Shown here one piece after another: positions 16,368-26,007 of a stretch of 57,744 bases of DNA; within the stretch, counting starts at the first letter, position 1; every line of letters starts with the position of its first letter. The stretch is from a virus (Duplodnaviria > Caudoviricetes), in IMG/VR virus record IMGVR_UViG_3300037245_001071, positions 1 to 57,744 of that record. One strand, given 5' to 3'. The notes beneath the pieces were generated by a model. That model was not told the DNA's origin. It worked only from the letters and a program-made list of their open reading frames with translations, and searched no databases. A program made the position numbers and the translations under genes.

Positions 16368-16988
16368 ATGGCTTATTCATCAGTAATAACATATCCGGTT
16401 TACGATTTAAACTCAACTGAATTTTTAGAGGTTGTGCGTGAATTATTGCAAGTTGAAATGTTAAACCAACGCACAGCGCATGGGAAAATATTTTTACCAT
16501 TGGTTGTTAAACCTGATGAATATCTATTAGACAAAGTAGCTGATAAAGAAATTGCCCCGTCATATTGTGCGATTTCTAAAGCTAAAATGGAAAGTTCAGA
16601 TCCAAATTTCCCGAGTCAACAAAACAATATGAATTTTTATATCATAAGCATATTGGCTTTTGGACTTGGAAATCTTAGAAAAATAGCCGATAGTATTTAT
16701 GTTATTCTCAATGATTTGGACGTAAAAACATATTTAAGCCAAGTGGAAAGTGCAAGGGGTGACAGATTAGTTTATAATAAAAACTCTTTACATATATCAA
16801 GCTTATCAACTGAGATTGAAGAAAAAAAGACTTTGAATAGTAAAAATGTTATTTATGGTAATTTGATTTTTCAGGCTCAGATAACAGAAAAAACACAATT
16901 AAACACTTCAACACCTATTCATAGCGTTGTGGTTACAAATAAAATTGGAGAAGATGAAAAGGAGATTATACAAACAAAAACATATTAA
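16368..16988 (+). CDS. tail terminator/neck protein (putative)
   Basis: Directly precedes the sheath gene. Confidence 0.5.
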   Translation: MAYSSVITYPVYDLNSTEFLEVVRELLQVEMLNQRTAHGKIFLPLVVKPDEYLLDKVADKEIAPSYCAISKAKMESSDPNFPSQQNNMNFYIISILAFGLGNLRKIADSIYVILNDLDVKTYLSQVESARGDRLVYNKNSLHISSLSTEIEEKKTLNSKNVIYGNLIFQAQITEKTQLNTSTPIHSVVVTNKIGEDEKEIIQTKTY

Positions 16989-16991
16989 AAA

Positions 16992-18497
16992 ATGGCAAAT
17001 TCAGCAGGTCAAATATTAGCAAATTTGCGTGCAAGCGCAAGTGTCTTTAAAGTTGGGTTAGGTTCCGCTCTTGGAGCTTCTCCATTTTTAGAGCAGAAGA
17101 TTGCGGTAATGGTAGAAGCCAATACCGACCAACAATCAGAGGGTGCGCAAGACGGGGGCATGTTAACCCCTATTAATTCTAAAGAAGTAGCTTTAAAATT
17201 TGGCTATGGAAGTTTAGCGCATTTAAGTGCAATTACCCTATTAGATGAATTACAAGTAGGTGTAATAGTTAAATACTTTTTTGTTCCCGAATCAGGAGGT
17301 GGAACTGTTACATCAAGCGTAATGACAGGCACGGGCGCAACTGTAACTAAAACAGGTTCCTTGGTTTTAAGTATAAACGATAAAAAGGTAGTAATAGGAT
17401 TAGTTTTAGGAGATACCTTAGCCGAGGTGTTGGTAAATGTAAAAACAGCTATTAATGCAGAAATTAACTTACCGGTTTTAGTTAGTACAGCAACGCCTAC
17501 TACCGATGTGGATATCGATACTAAATGGAAAGGGCAAAGTTCAGCAGATATTAATGTATCAGTTTTTTCTAACGATTCAGAGGGTATTACATTTGCTATT
17601 GTAAAAACAGATGGTACCGGTGAAGTTATACCAACAGCAGAACTAGCTAAATTCCAAAATGATTGGTATGTTCATATTCTTAATGGATTAGGTGAAGGCA
17701 CGGCAGGTGGTATTTTAGACGCTTACGAAACATTTATTGGAACACCAGCTTTAGGTAGTGGTAAATATGCACCCGCTAACATGACTCCTGCAATTGCATG
17801 GACTTCAACAGTCGAATCAGTACAGGCAACTTTAACGGGTGTTACGGATGCTAGAAAAGATTCTAGTGCAAATTGCTATTTGCCGGTTCCAAATGCTCAG
17901 GATATACCATTTATTAACGCATGTAATGCTGCAGGAGCTTTTGTTAAGCTTTCAAACGGTGATCCAAAACAAGATATATTAGGACTTAAAATACCAAGTT
18001 CAACACCTCCTGATGATGGTGATGTTGGTGGTATAATTGATTTAGGTTTTAGGGATGTGCTAGTTAAGGCTGGTTGCTCTACAGTTAATTATATTGAAGA
18101 TAATTACATAGCTCAGGACATATTAACTACTTACCATCCTTTAGGTGAGACTGATCCTATTTTTGCGACCGTAAGAATCAATATGATTGTATTTAATATA
18201 CTAAACGCTTTCAAGGCTTATAACGCTACTCAGATGGGTAAGACTATTGCACCAAACGCACAAGCAAGTGCAACTGTAACAAGTCCTAAACTATATTTTG
18301 CCGGTGTAATAAATGAGATTATTGTACCATTCGTAAATCTTGGTTATATTGCTGATTTAAAATATGCAGAAGAGCAATTAAGAGTCGAAATAAACGCATC
18401 TAATGCAGGTCGTTTTGATGTATTAAGTCCTAATTTGATTACATCATTATTAAGAATCATTGCAGTAGAAGTTCAAGTAAATAAATTTTATTCTTAA
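16992..18497 (+). CDS. tail sheath protein, Mu gpL-like
   Basis: FGYGS, NLPV...KWKG, GCSTV...DILTTYHP, IN.SNAGRFD; 501 aa. Confidence 0.88.
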   Translation: MANSAGQILANLRASASVFKVGLGSALGASPFLEQKIAVMVEANTDQQSEGAQDGGMLTPINSKEVALKFGYGSLAHLSAITLLDELQVGVIVKYFFVPESGGGTVTSSVMTGTGATVTKTGSLVLSINDKKVVIGLVLGDTLAEVLVNVKTAINAEINLPVLVSTATPTTDVDIDTKWKGQSSADINVSVFSNDSEGITFAIVKTDGTGEVIPTAELAKFQNDWYVHILNGLGEGTAGGILDAYETFIGTPALGSGKYAPANMTPAIAWTSTVESVQATLTGVTDARKDSSANCYLPVPNAQDIPFINACNAAGAFVKLSNGDPKQDILGLKIPSSTPPDDGDVGGIIDLGFRDVLVKAGCSTVNYIEDNYIAQDILTTYHPLGETDPIFATVRINMIVFNILNAFKAYNATQMGKTIAPNAQASATVTSPKLYFAGVINEIIVPFVNLGYIADLKYAEEQLRVEINASNAGRFDVLSPNLITSLLRIIAVEVQVNKFYS

Positions 18498-18508
18498 AAA
18501 TTATAATT

Positions 18509-18916
18509 ATGGGATTTGCAGCTAGAGAAATAGAATATTTGTTAGTTAAAGCCGCAGAAGGTGATATAATATTCGAAGCAAAAACAGGAGAAGATCCTGA
18601 ATATAAATTGAAGATAGGATCAATTGAAAGCACAGCGGATGGTATGACAAATACCGGACAGTTAATATTAAAACACATGTCCGAGCGTACTTATATATCA
18701 GGAGTATTTGCATATGATGGTGATGCTTTGGATGAATTGCAAACTACCATTGACGATGCAAAAACAAATCCAAATCCAGAAATACCAGTTCATGCAGTAA
18801 TGACAGATGGAACAATATATTCAAATACAGGAATATTTGCGGGTCCAATTGTGGCAGATGGACCAGGTACGGCAACATTGAGATTTGAAAGCGCATTGGA
18901 TTTTGTAGAATCATAA
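18509..18916 (+). CDS. tail tube protein
   Basis: 135 aa after the sheath; TDGTIY..TG motif typical of Mu-like tubes. Confidence 0.75.
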   Translation: MGFAAREIEYLLVKAAEGDIIFEAKTGEDPEYKLKIGSIESTADGMTNTGQLILKHMSERTYISGVFAYDGDALDELQTTIDDAKTNPNPEIPVHAVMTDGTIYSNTGIFAGPIVADGPGTATLRFESALDFVES

Positions 18917-18954
18917 AAACACATAAACACATAAACACACAAAACACGGAAAAC

Positions 18955-19524
18955 ATGAATGTAAAAGCAGGTGATTTAAAAAAAACAGAGGGTCCGAAAT
19001 ATGAAGCCCCTGTTAAGTCGGTTATTAAAAAGAAAACCGATAGTGAAATTTATCTGGAAAATTGCGATGAGGAACAAGCTGAAATATTTAACGATATTAA
19101 AGCTATCCTAATGGCAAAAGACAAGGGTAATAAGCACGAGTTTGAAGCCGTCAATAAGGAAAGGTTTGATGATTTCGACCACTTCATTAGATACATTATC
19201 AATAATGTGATTACTATTGAAGAAGATGGCATTAGTGTAAATCTTAGGCAACCACTTGAAAATTCAGATGGTATAGTAATTACTGACAGTATCAAAGTTT
19301 TGTTTGCGCGAAACGAAGCGAGAGAAAAGCAATTTAAGAATAGTGTAAAAACTCTCGAAAAAAACAAAGATTATGATAGTGATATGGGTGCGGCTGTTAT
19401 TGCTGCATCATTTGCTGATGTTGGTAATAAAATGATAAGTGCTAATTTGTTTTATATACTAAAAAATACTAATCCTCAGGATTATACGCTAATCGTAAGG
19501 GTGTACGGGTTTTTTCGTCAGTAA
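18955..19524 (+). CDS. tail assembly chaperone (G)
   Basis: Between tube and tape measure; ends GGG TTT TTT CGT CAG TAA. Confidence 0.7.
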   Translation: MNVKAGDLKKTEGPKYEAPVKSVIKKKTDSEIYLENCDEEQAEIFNDIKAILMAKDKGNKHEFEAVNKERFDDFDHFIRYIINNVITIEEDGISVNLRQPLENSDGIVITDSIKVLFARNEAREKQFKNSVKTLEKNKDYDSDMGAAVIAASFADVGNKMISANLFYILKNTNPQDYTLIVRVYGFFRQ

Positions 19525-19762
19525 TATAAGAGTAGTTGAATTACATGGTAAAAACCATACTTCAATCATAAGCAATTATTACAATATACTTGAAATATAT
19601 AACCAAATTGACCACATAATAGGAGAGGTAATATTTTACAATAAATGGACAATTACACAGGTTAAAAGGTTAGAATTTCAAGATGAGAATTACAAAGGGC
19701 TGTTTTGGTGGTACAATAAAATATTAACCGATATAGCTCAACAAAACAAACAAAATACTTAA
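19511..19762 (+). CDS. frameshifted tail chaperone extension (T), no start codon
   Basis: Open frame of 83 codons (+1/-2 relative to G) with no ATG, ending GLFWWYNKILTDIAQQNKQNT. Confidence 0.65.
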   Translation, partial: FFVSNIRVVELHGKNHTSIISNYYNILEIYNQIDHIIGEVIFYNKWTITQVKRLEFQDENYKGLFWWYNKILTDIAQQNKQNT

Positions 19763-19763
19763 T

Positions 19764-19780
19764 AGCCCTTCGGGGCTTTT
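19764..19780 (+). terminator. short TTCG-loop hairpin/terminator before the tape measure gene
   Basis: AGCCC-TTCG-GGGCT-TTT. Confidence 0.55.
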
Positions 19781-19785
19781 ATAAC

Positions 19786-22035
19786 ATGGCAAAAAAAGCA
19801 ACCTTAACAGCAGATATAGTTACACGGGATAAATCAACCGCCAATATTAACAAGATTAATAAGGCAGCTGAACGTATGACTAAAACTGTTGGTAAGGGTT
19901 CTAAAACCGCTGGTGCTGCATTTAGTAGATTTACTTCAAAGGTTAGTTTAGGAGTCAAAAAAGCAACAGTTTCTTTAAATAATCTTAATGCCCGAGTAAA
20001 TAAGGTAGGGCGAAATATTAAAAAATCGCTTGGTACTTTCGGTTTAGCAGTTGGTTTTGCCGCTTTAGCAATGGTAATAGGCAATACTATTAATAAGTTT
20101 GCCGATTTCGAACAGGCTAATGCTTCGCTTTCGTCAGTAATGGCTGATGCTACGGATAAGCAACTAAAAGCTTTAAATGTAGATGCTAAACGCCTTGGAG
20201 CAACTACGGCAAGAACGGCCACGGAAATTGTAGGGCTTCAAGAAAGTCTTGCGCGGCTTGGTTTCGGGGCTTCTGACGTAATAAATATGACTGAATCAAT
20301 AATATCCGGTTCAGTAGCAATGCAAGGGGAATTATCAGAAACAGCAAATTTAGTCGGTGCAATAGTCAAATCATTCGATGCGTTTGAAAGTGTTCACGCA
20401 CCGAGTATAATTGACCAAATGACTGTTGCAACACAGAAAAGTGCATTAAACTTTTCAAAACTAAATACAATGCTTCCTACTGTAGCGGGTGCAGCAAATG
20501 CAGCGGGAATACCTTTTAATAAATTACTTGCATTATTAGGTAAGCTTTCAGATGCTGGTATAGACGCTTCAAGTAGTTCTACGGCATTAAGAAATATTAT
20601 ATTACAAAGCGGAAAGCAGGGTAAAAATTATGAAGAAATATTAGCCGATATTGTAAGCCAACAAGACAAGCTAACAACTTCAATGAATAAATTTGGAGTA
20701 AGGGCAGCGGTTCCAGCTACTATTTTAGCAGGTAAATTAAACGAAACACTTACTTTATCATCGGATATATTGAATAGTACGGGTGCAGCATCGAAAGCAG
20801 CCGCAAAACAACTAGACACATTAAAAGGTTCGTTAACTATTCTAGGTTCAGCCTGGGAAGGATTTGTATTACATTTAGAAGATGGGACCGGTGCTTTTGG
20901 TAGTTTCTTAAAAACATCTGTAAGAGTTGTAACTGAAATACTTTCAATTGCATCTGGTACCGAAAAAGTAAGCGATAAATTAACAGATGCAGAAAAGAGA
21001 ATTAGAAAATTTGCAGAAACTGGTATTAAATTATTAAAGGTTGTTAAATGGCTTGTTATTTCATTTATTGCTTTTAAAGTAGCGGTTTTGGCAGCGGCAG
21101 CGGCTCAAAAAGTAATGCAAGCAGCCATAGCAATAGGACAATTTGTTAAATTTGTTCAAATGATTATTACTATTGCTAAATTTGAAGGAATATGGACGGC
21201 TGCACAATGGGCTTTAAATGCAGCAATGACAGCAAATCCAATAGGGTTAATTGTAGTAGGAATAGGATTATTAATAGCTGGAATAGTATTATTAGTAAAG
21301 AATTTTGATAAAGTTAAAGCTGCAATGCTTAGAACCTGGGAGATAATAGAAAACAATAAATTCATTCAATTACTAATAGCTCCTATTTATCTAACCATAA
21401 AAGCTATTCAGTTACTAGTTAAACATTGGGACAAAATAAAAGGTGCCGTTTTGCGAGTTTGGGAACCAATTAAGAAATTCTTTGGTTTTGTTATTGACGG
21501 ATTCATAAAAATAAAGGACGGAATAAAATCATTCTTTGGAGGTGATGAAGCCAAAATTACAGCAACAGCAACCAAGGAAGTAAAAGTAACAGCCGATTAT
21601 AGCAAAACTGGTTTTCAATCACAATTTTTCAAACAAGGTGAAATTGAGAAAAAAACAGCAGATACTAAAATAGCTGATGCCTTGGATAAAAACACAACTG
21701 CAGTAACAGATAATACTAATTTTGAAAAAGGAAAATGGAAAGGTAAATTCACAACCTCTATTTTAAAAGATGCAAATGTAGGTGGTGGACTAATGACAAA
21801 ACAAATAGCAAATACAGCCATAACCAACGAAAGAAATATAATATCTAATAATGCAGAGAATCTAGTCGAACAAAAAAGTATAACCAATACAAATAATAAT
21901 TTTAGAGGCGATAAAAACGAACCAACTGGTAAAAACGAAATAACTATATTTTTGGTAAATAAAACAGAGGGTAAATTTGGTATCGAAGTTGAAGGTACGG
22001 GTGTAAATGTAGTACAAACTGGAAACGATGTTTAA
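19786..22035 (+). CDS. tail tape measure protein
   Basis: TP901-type core (LARLGF, DAGIDASSSSTALR), AAQWALNAAMTANPIG, periodic Trp. Confidence 0.93.
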   Translation: MAKKATLTADIVTRDKSTANINKINKAAERMTKTVGKGSKTAGAAFSRFTSKVSLGVKKATVSLNNLNARVNKVGRNIKKSLGTFGLAVGFAALAMVIGNTINKFADFEQANASLSSVMADATDKQLKALNVDAKRLGATTARTATEIVGLQESLARLGFGASDVINMTESIISGSVAMQGELSETANLVGAIVKSFDAFESVHAPSIIDQMTVATQKSALNFSKLNTMLPTVAGAANAAGIPFNKLLALLGKLSDAGIDASSSSTALRNIILQSGKQGKNYEEILADIVSQQDKLTTSMNKFGVRAAVPATILAGKLNETLTLSSDILNSTGAASKAAAKQLDTLKGSLTILGSAWEGFVLHLEDGTGAFGSFLKTSVRVVTEILSIASGTEKVSDKLTDAEKRIRKFAETGIKLLKVVKWLVISFIAFKVAVLAAAAAQKVMQAAIAIGQFVKFVQMIITIAKFEGIWTAAQWALNAAMTANPIGLIVVGIGLLIAGIVLLVKNFDKVKAAMLRTWEIIENNKFIQLLIAPIYLTIKAIQLLVKHWDKIKGAVLRVWEPIKKFFGFVIDGFIKIKDGIKSFFGGDEAKITATATKEVKVTADYSKTGFQSQFFKQGEIEKKTADTKIADALDKNTTAVTDNTNFEKGKWKGKFTTSILKDANVGGGLMTKQIANTAITNERNIISNNAENLVEQKSITNTNNNFRGDKNEPTGKNEITIFLVNKTEGKFGIEVEGTGVNVVQTGNDV

Positions 22036-22459
22036 CTTACAACTAAAAGATACTTTAGATGGTGGTCATTTTTATTTTGATAGAAACGATTATCAAACAG
22101 ATGAGGGTATTTATACAGAATTGTATGTTACTCTTTTTGGTACTTCATCGGCAACTTGGTGGGCAGATGGTGCGTTTGGTACAATTGCGCCAAATGTAAG
22201 CAGCAAAACAGGAATAACAATTAAAAACAACGCCTCTATAAATCAACCCAATTTAAATATCATAAGAAAAACTGTAAACGATGACTTAAAGAGATTCACA
22301 GAAAAAAATCCTAATATTGAAGTAAGCAACGTAGTTATTGCTTATCAAAAAACAAGTCTTTTGATTATTATTGAATTGACAGGATTTAATGAGGCTTTCA
22401 ATTTTATATATCAAAATACTAAAGAAACTTTAGATAGTACGAACTGGCAAATTTATTAA
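22028..22459 (+). CDS. baseplate protein, Mu gp46-like
   Basis: LYVTLF...WWAD...S motif; position before J. Confidence 0.7.
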   Translation: MFNLQLKDTLDGGHFYFDRNDYQTDEGIYTELYVTLFGTSSATWWADGAFGTIAPNVSSKTGITIKNNASINQPNLNIIRKTVNDDLKRFTEKNPNIEVSNVVIAYQKTSLLIIIELTGFNEAFNFIYQNTKETLDSTNWQIY

Positions 22460-22460
22460 T

Positions 22461-23672
22461 ATGACATTTGACGAATTATACGAGCTTATTATAAATGACT
22501 GGTGCAATCGTTTAGGTATTTCAGTGGATAATGCAGGATTTACAATCATAGCAACATCTAAGGTAATTACAGCGGGATTGTATTTATTAGTTATAATTAT
22601 TGATGGGTTATCTAATAATATTTGGGTAGGTTCCATGCAAGCATCAAAACTTATTGAAGTTGGACAAGATAAAATAGGTAGAGGACCTTTTTTAGCTATT
22701 CAAGGAGAATATACATGTACTACAATAGAAAAAAATGGAGGTGGTGATATTCCTGTAGGCTCAACGTTTACAAAAAATATAAATGGAACTGATTATGTTT
22801 ATGAGTCTCTTGCAACAGTTGCCGGAGGTGATGATATATCAGTAAGAGCATTAACGGCTGGCACAGAAAGCGCATTAGTAGTAAGTGATGTTTTGGTAGC
22901 TCAAAAATCATTAGATTTTGCAGAAAACGAAATAATAGTAAGCGCAATAACTGAAACGCCCGTAGATGCTGAAACAATAGACGAATATAGAGAGGTTGTA
23001 GTAGCATTTGAAAGATTACGATTAGGCCATGGAAATGCAAGTGACTATATAGTATGGGTTGCAAATGTAAATGGATTAAAAACGGGTTATCCATATACTG
23101 CAGATGGTGAAGCAGGAAAGGCTGTTATTTATTGCGAATCTACGGATGAAGAAGTATTAGTTCCTAGTGGTGGTTTAATTGATGATGCTATTGATTCAAT
23201 TAAATATGATTCCAATGGAATTAGTCAACCTCCTGTTGAATTTTTTGAGTTTGTAAACACTTCTTATGTTTTACCTGTTCAAATTACAGGGGTAAAACTA
23301 GAACTTACAAATGGAGATAGTCAACAACAATCATCAATTGAAAGCTTGGTTAGAGAATATTTATTATTAAAAAGACCATTTTTACACACGGTTAATAAAT
23401 TCATACAAACCACAGAAGGTTATAATACTTATGAAAATACAGTAGCATTAGTTGATATTATTCAACTACTAGTTAATGCAGGAATAACATTTGATAGTAT
23501 TGATATGGAAATTGATATATTATTAGGTGCAAGTTATTCGTCAATGAGTAAATATGTAGTAGGTTATAGAGGCGGTTCGGTTTATCCAACAACATTAAGT
23601 CCGTCAAATGATCCTGCTTTAGCATTATATTACGGTGAGTGTCCACGATTAGAAGATGTAACATTTGTATAA
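22461..23672 (+). CDS. baseplate J-like protein (Mu gp47)
   Basis: VRALTAG, DAETIDEYR...GNASDYIVW. Confidence 0.88.
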   Translation: MTFDELYELIINDWCNRLGISVDNAGFTIIATSKVITAGLYLLVIIIDGLSNNIWVGSMQASKLIEVGQDKIGRGPFLAIQGEYTCTTIEKNGGGDIPVGSTFTKNINGTDYVYESLATVAGGDDISVRALTAGTESALVVSDVLVAQKSLDFAENEIIVSAITETPVDAETIDEYREVVVAFERLRLGHGNASDYIVWVANVNGLKTGYPYTADGEAGKAVIYCESTDEEVLVPSGGLIDDAIDSIKYDSNGISQPPVEFFEFVNTSYVLPVQITGVKLELTNGDSQQQSSIESLVREYLLLKRPFLHTVNKFIQTTEGYNTYENTVALVDIIQLLVNAGITFDSIDMEIDILLGASYSSMSKYVVGYRGGSVYPTTLSPSNDPALALYYGECPRLEDVTFV

Positions 23673-24289
23673 TGGGTGATTGGTATAAATTCATATTAAA
23701 AATAAAGCCAGACGGCAAAGCTTTTAGAAGTATTCTTTTTAGCAAGATATTCCATGAGGTTTTAGCTTATGCGTTTAATTTGGTAAAAGAATATGCTGTC
23801 TTAACTATAAATGATCAAGTTTGGTTTGTTAATGATAATTTTGATCCTGAACCATGGGAAAAGAGGTATGAAATAAATGTACCTGAATTATCATCAATAG
23901 AAGAAAGAAGATTAGTAGTTAAAGGATACATGTTATTTCCACAATCTCAAAATAGACTTTCAAGAGATTATATACAAAGTTCTATAGATGATTCTGGTTT
24001 TGAAAATATATTAATAGAATACAATTCAAGTGGGGACCCTGACGGATTTTTACGAGCTAATGATATAAGTGATGAAAAGTTAACTTTTGCAATGGGACCA
24101 TTATCTTATAATTCATTTAGAGTTTCAGGAAATGTTTCAATAAGCTATTATTACAATGCAATATATTTAATAATGAGCCTTAAACCCTTACAGGTTGCGC
24201 TATATGATACGATGACTATTTACAATGCATTTGCAATTGATAATAGTAATGTTTATTCTATTAACGGTAATGTTTACGCTTTACAATAA
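23672..24289 (+). CDS. baseplate protein, Mu gp48-like
   Basis: PDGKAF, WEKRY...IEERR, LKP motifs. Confidence 0.7.
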   Translation: MGDWYKFILKIKPDGKAFRSILFSKIFHEVLAYAFNLVKEYAVLTINDQVWFVNDNFDPEPWEKRYEINVPELSSIEERRLVVKGYMLFPQSQNRLSRDYIQSSIDDSGFENILIEYNSSGDPDGFLRANDISDEKLTFAMGPLSYNSFRVSGNVSISYYYNAIYLIMSLKPLQVALYDTMTIYNAFAIDNSNVYSINGNVYALQ

Positions 24290-24300
24290 AATATAAAAAT

Positions 24301-25692
24301 ATGTCAAGTACAATTCCAACCCCATCAACGGCAGTAGTAGCCGGATTATTAGACCAGGCTGATTTAGAAAAAGGTAGAGTCGGGTTAGCTATTATAGACA
24401 ATCCTATTAAACCAGGTAAAACCTATATAGTGTTTGATGCTGTTGCTGGTAATAACAATTTGCATTTAGATACAGGTGGTTCGACTACATATTCAATCAA
24501 TAAAGGAGATGGCACGGTTGATGATTCTCATACCGATACGGGAGGTATTAAGGTATTAAACTATGTTGTTACAGGACGATATATTATTACAATAGATGGT
24601 GATTTTGCAGGAATAGACACGAGTCAAACGGTAAATCAATCCGAATTAAATAAATATATTGAAATATATGCAGGCTCAAACAATCCTGTTGCTTTGGTTG
24701 TAGACGCTTTTAAAAACTGTATTAAATTACAAAATGTAACATTTACAGAATTAACTACAATTGGTGATACTGCTTTTTCAGGTTGTACATTGCTAATTAA
24801 TGCAACTTTACCAAAAGCCACATCAATAGGCGTAGATGCTTTTTTAAATTGCCCATTAGTCACTATTTTGGTTGATGATATATTAGCATTAATGCAAAAC
24901 AAGGTTGGCGTTAATACGTATTTCCCAACTGAAAAATTTTCAGTTAACGAGGGTAAAATCTCAATTATGCGTTCTGGTACGAATAGGACAGCTTGGTGGT
25001 ATAATAGTTCGACCGGGTTTGCTGTTCTTGAAACGACAAACGGAGTTAATTTTAAAATAGGAACATTCAATTACCCAGACGCTGTTACTATTAGAGACAC
25101 AACTGGAAACGTTGGAATAGACAACTTGTCTCCACCGCAAAAATTAAGCGTAAATGGAGACATATCATGTGAAGATATAATACTAGAAGATGTAGATGCA
25201 ATAAATGTTGATGCTGCCGGAAATGTAGAAGGTCAAACAATCAGCGAAAATGGCACATTACTAACTGATAAATATGCTCAATTAGGCGATGCTGTAGATT
25301 TTAATACAATCAAAGAAAATGGCACATTACTAACTAATAAATATGAAGCCAAACAATCTACTACTTCTGGATTATCCATTGAAGCTACGGCAAACCCAGG
25401 GGTTCCGATTGGTAGCGGTTCGTTTAAAAGATTAGGTAGCATCGTATTGGTAACTTTTAAATTTACAAATAATACATCTAGTGGATTTATAAATGATTGT
25501 ACGATAACGGGTACCGTTCCTTCTGGATATAGACCTGCTGTTCAGAGTGGTATCAGGAATGAAATTGCTCATATTAAATCCGAACTTGGTGAAGAAATAA
25601 CGCTTTCAATAAGCTCAACAGGTGTAGTCACGGCAACGGGTACAGCAGATTTAAATAAAACATCAACTTATACTATATCATATACTATATAA
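24301..25692 (+). CDS. tail fibre with BspA-type leucine-rich repeats
   Basis: AFKNC...IGDTAFSGC...IGVDAFLNC; GNVGI...PQKLSVNG; duplicated ENGTLLTxKY; C-terminal fibre tip (VPSGYRP). Confidence 0.75.
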   Translation: MSSTIPTPSTAVVAGLLDQADLEKGRVGLAIIDNPIKPGKTYIVFDAVAGNNNLHLDTGGSTTYSINKGDGTVDDSHTDTGGIKVLNYVVTGRYIITIDGDFAGIDTSQTVNQSELNKYIEIYAGSNNPVALVVDAFKNCIKLQNVTFTELTTIGDTAFSGCTLLINATLPKATSIGVDAFLNCPLVTILVDDILALMQNKVGVNTYFPTEKFSVNEGKISIMRSGTNRTAWWYNSSTGFAVLETTNGVNFKIGTFNYPDAVTIRDTTGNVGIDNLSPPQKLSVNGDISCEDIILEDVDAINVDAAGNVEGQTISENGTLLTDKYAQLGDAVDFNTIKENGTLLTNKYEAKQSTTSGLSIEATANPGVPIGSGSFKRLGSIVLVTFKFTNNTSSGFINDCTITGTVPSGYRPAVQSGIRNEIAHIKSELGEEITLSISSTGVVTATGTADLNKTSTYTISYTI

Positions 25693-25713
25693 TAGACATT
25701 AAAACATACAATC

Positions 25714-26007
25714 ATGGCAGCAGAAACAGGAAAATTATATTTAGTAGCAGATCATAGTTCGGTAACTAACGAAAGACCTGTGATTTTAGAACTAAAAGGA
25801 ACCGTAGATTTAATGATTTACGGTAGTAATGAAGAAGTAAGTACACTGGTAAATGTTACTGATTTAACGCCCTGTTTGCTTGAAAACTTAACGGATGATT
25901 TAGTATCGGCTTTGAGTGGAATGCCTAGATACATTGCTTTTATCGGAACGGCAGATAGAATTATAGTACAGGATAAAGATTTAACTTATGTAAAAGATAT
26001 TTCATAA
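25714..26007 (+). CDS. putative tail-associated protein
   Basis: 97 aa within the fibre region. Confidence 0.5.
   Translation: MAAETGKLYLVADHSSVTNERPVILELKGTVDLMIYGSNEEVSTLVNVTDLTPCLLENLTDDLVSALSGMPRYIAFIGTADRIIVQDKDLTYVKDIS

Noticed and set aside
18915-18954. AAACACAT-like short tandem repeats before the chaperone gene
   Set aside because: Low-complexity A/C-rich leader, consistent with Bacteroidota translation initiation regions.
19507-19529. Canonical -1 frameshift in the tail chaperone
   Set aside because: The -1 frame hits TAA at 19527-19529.
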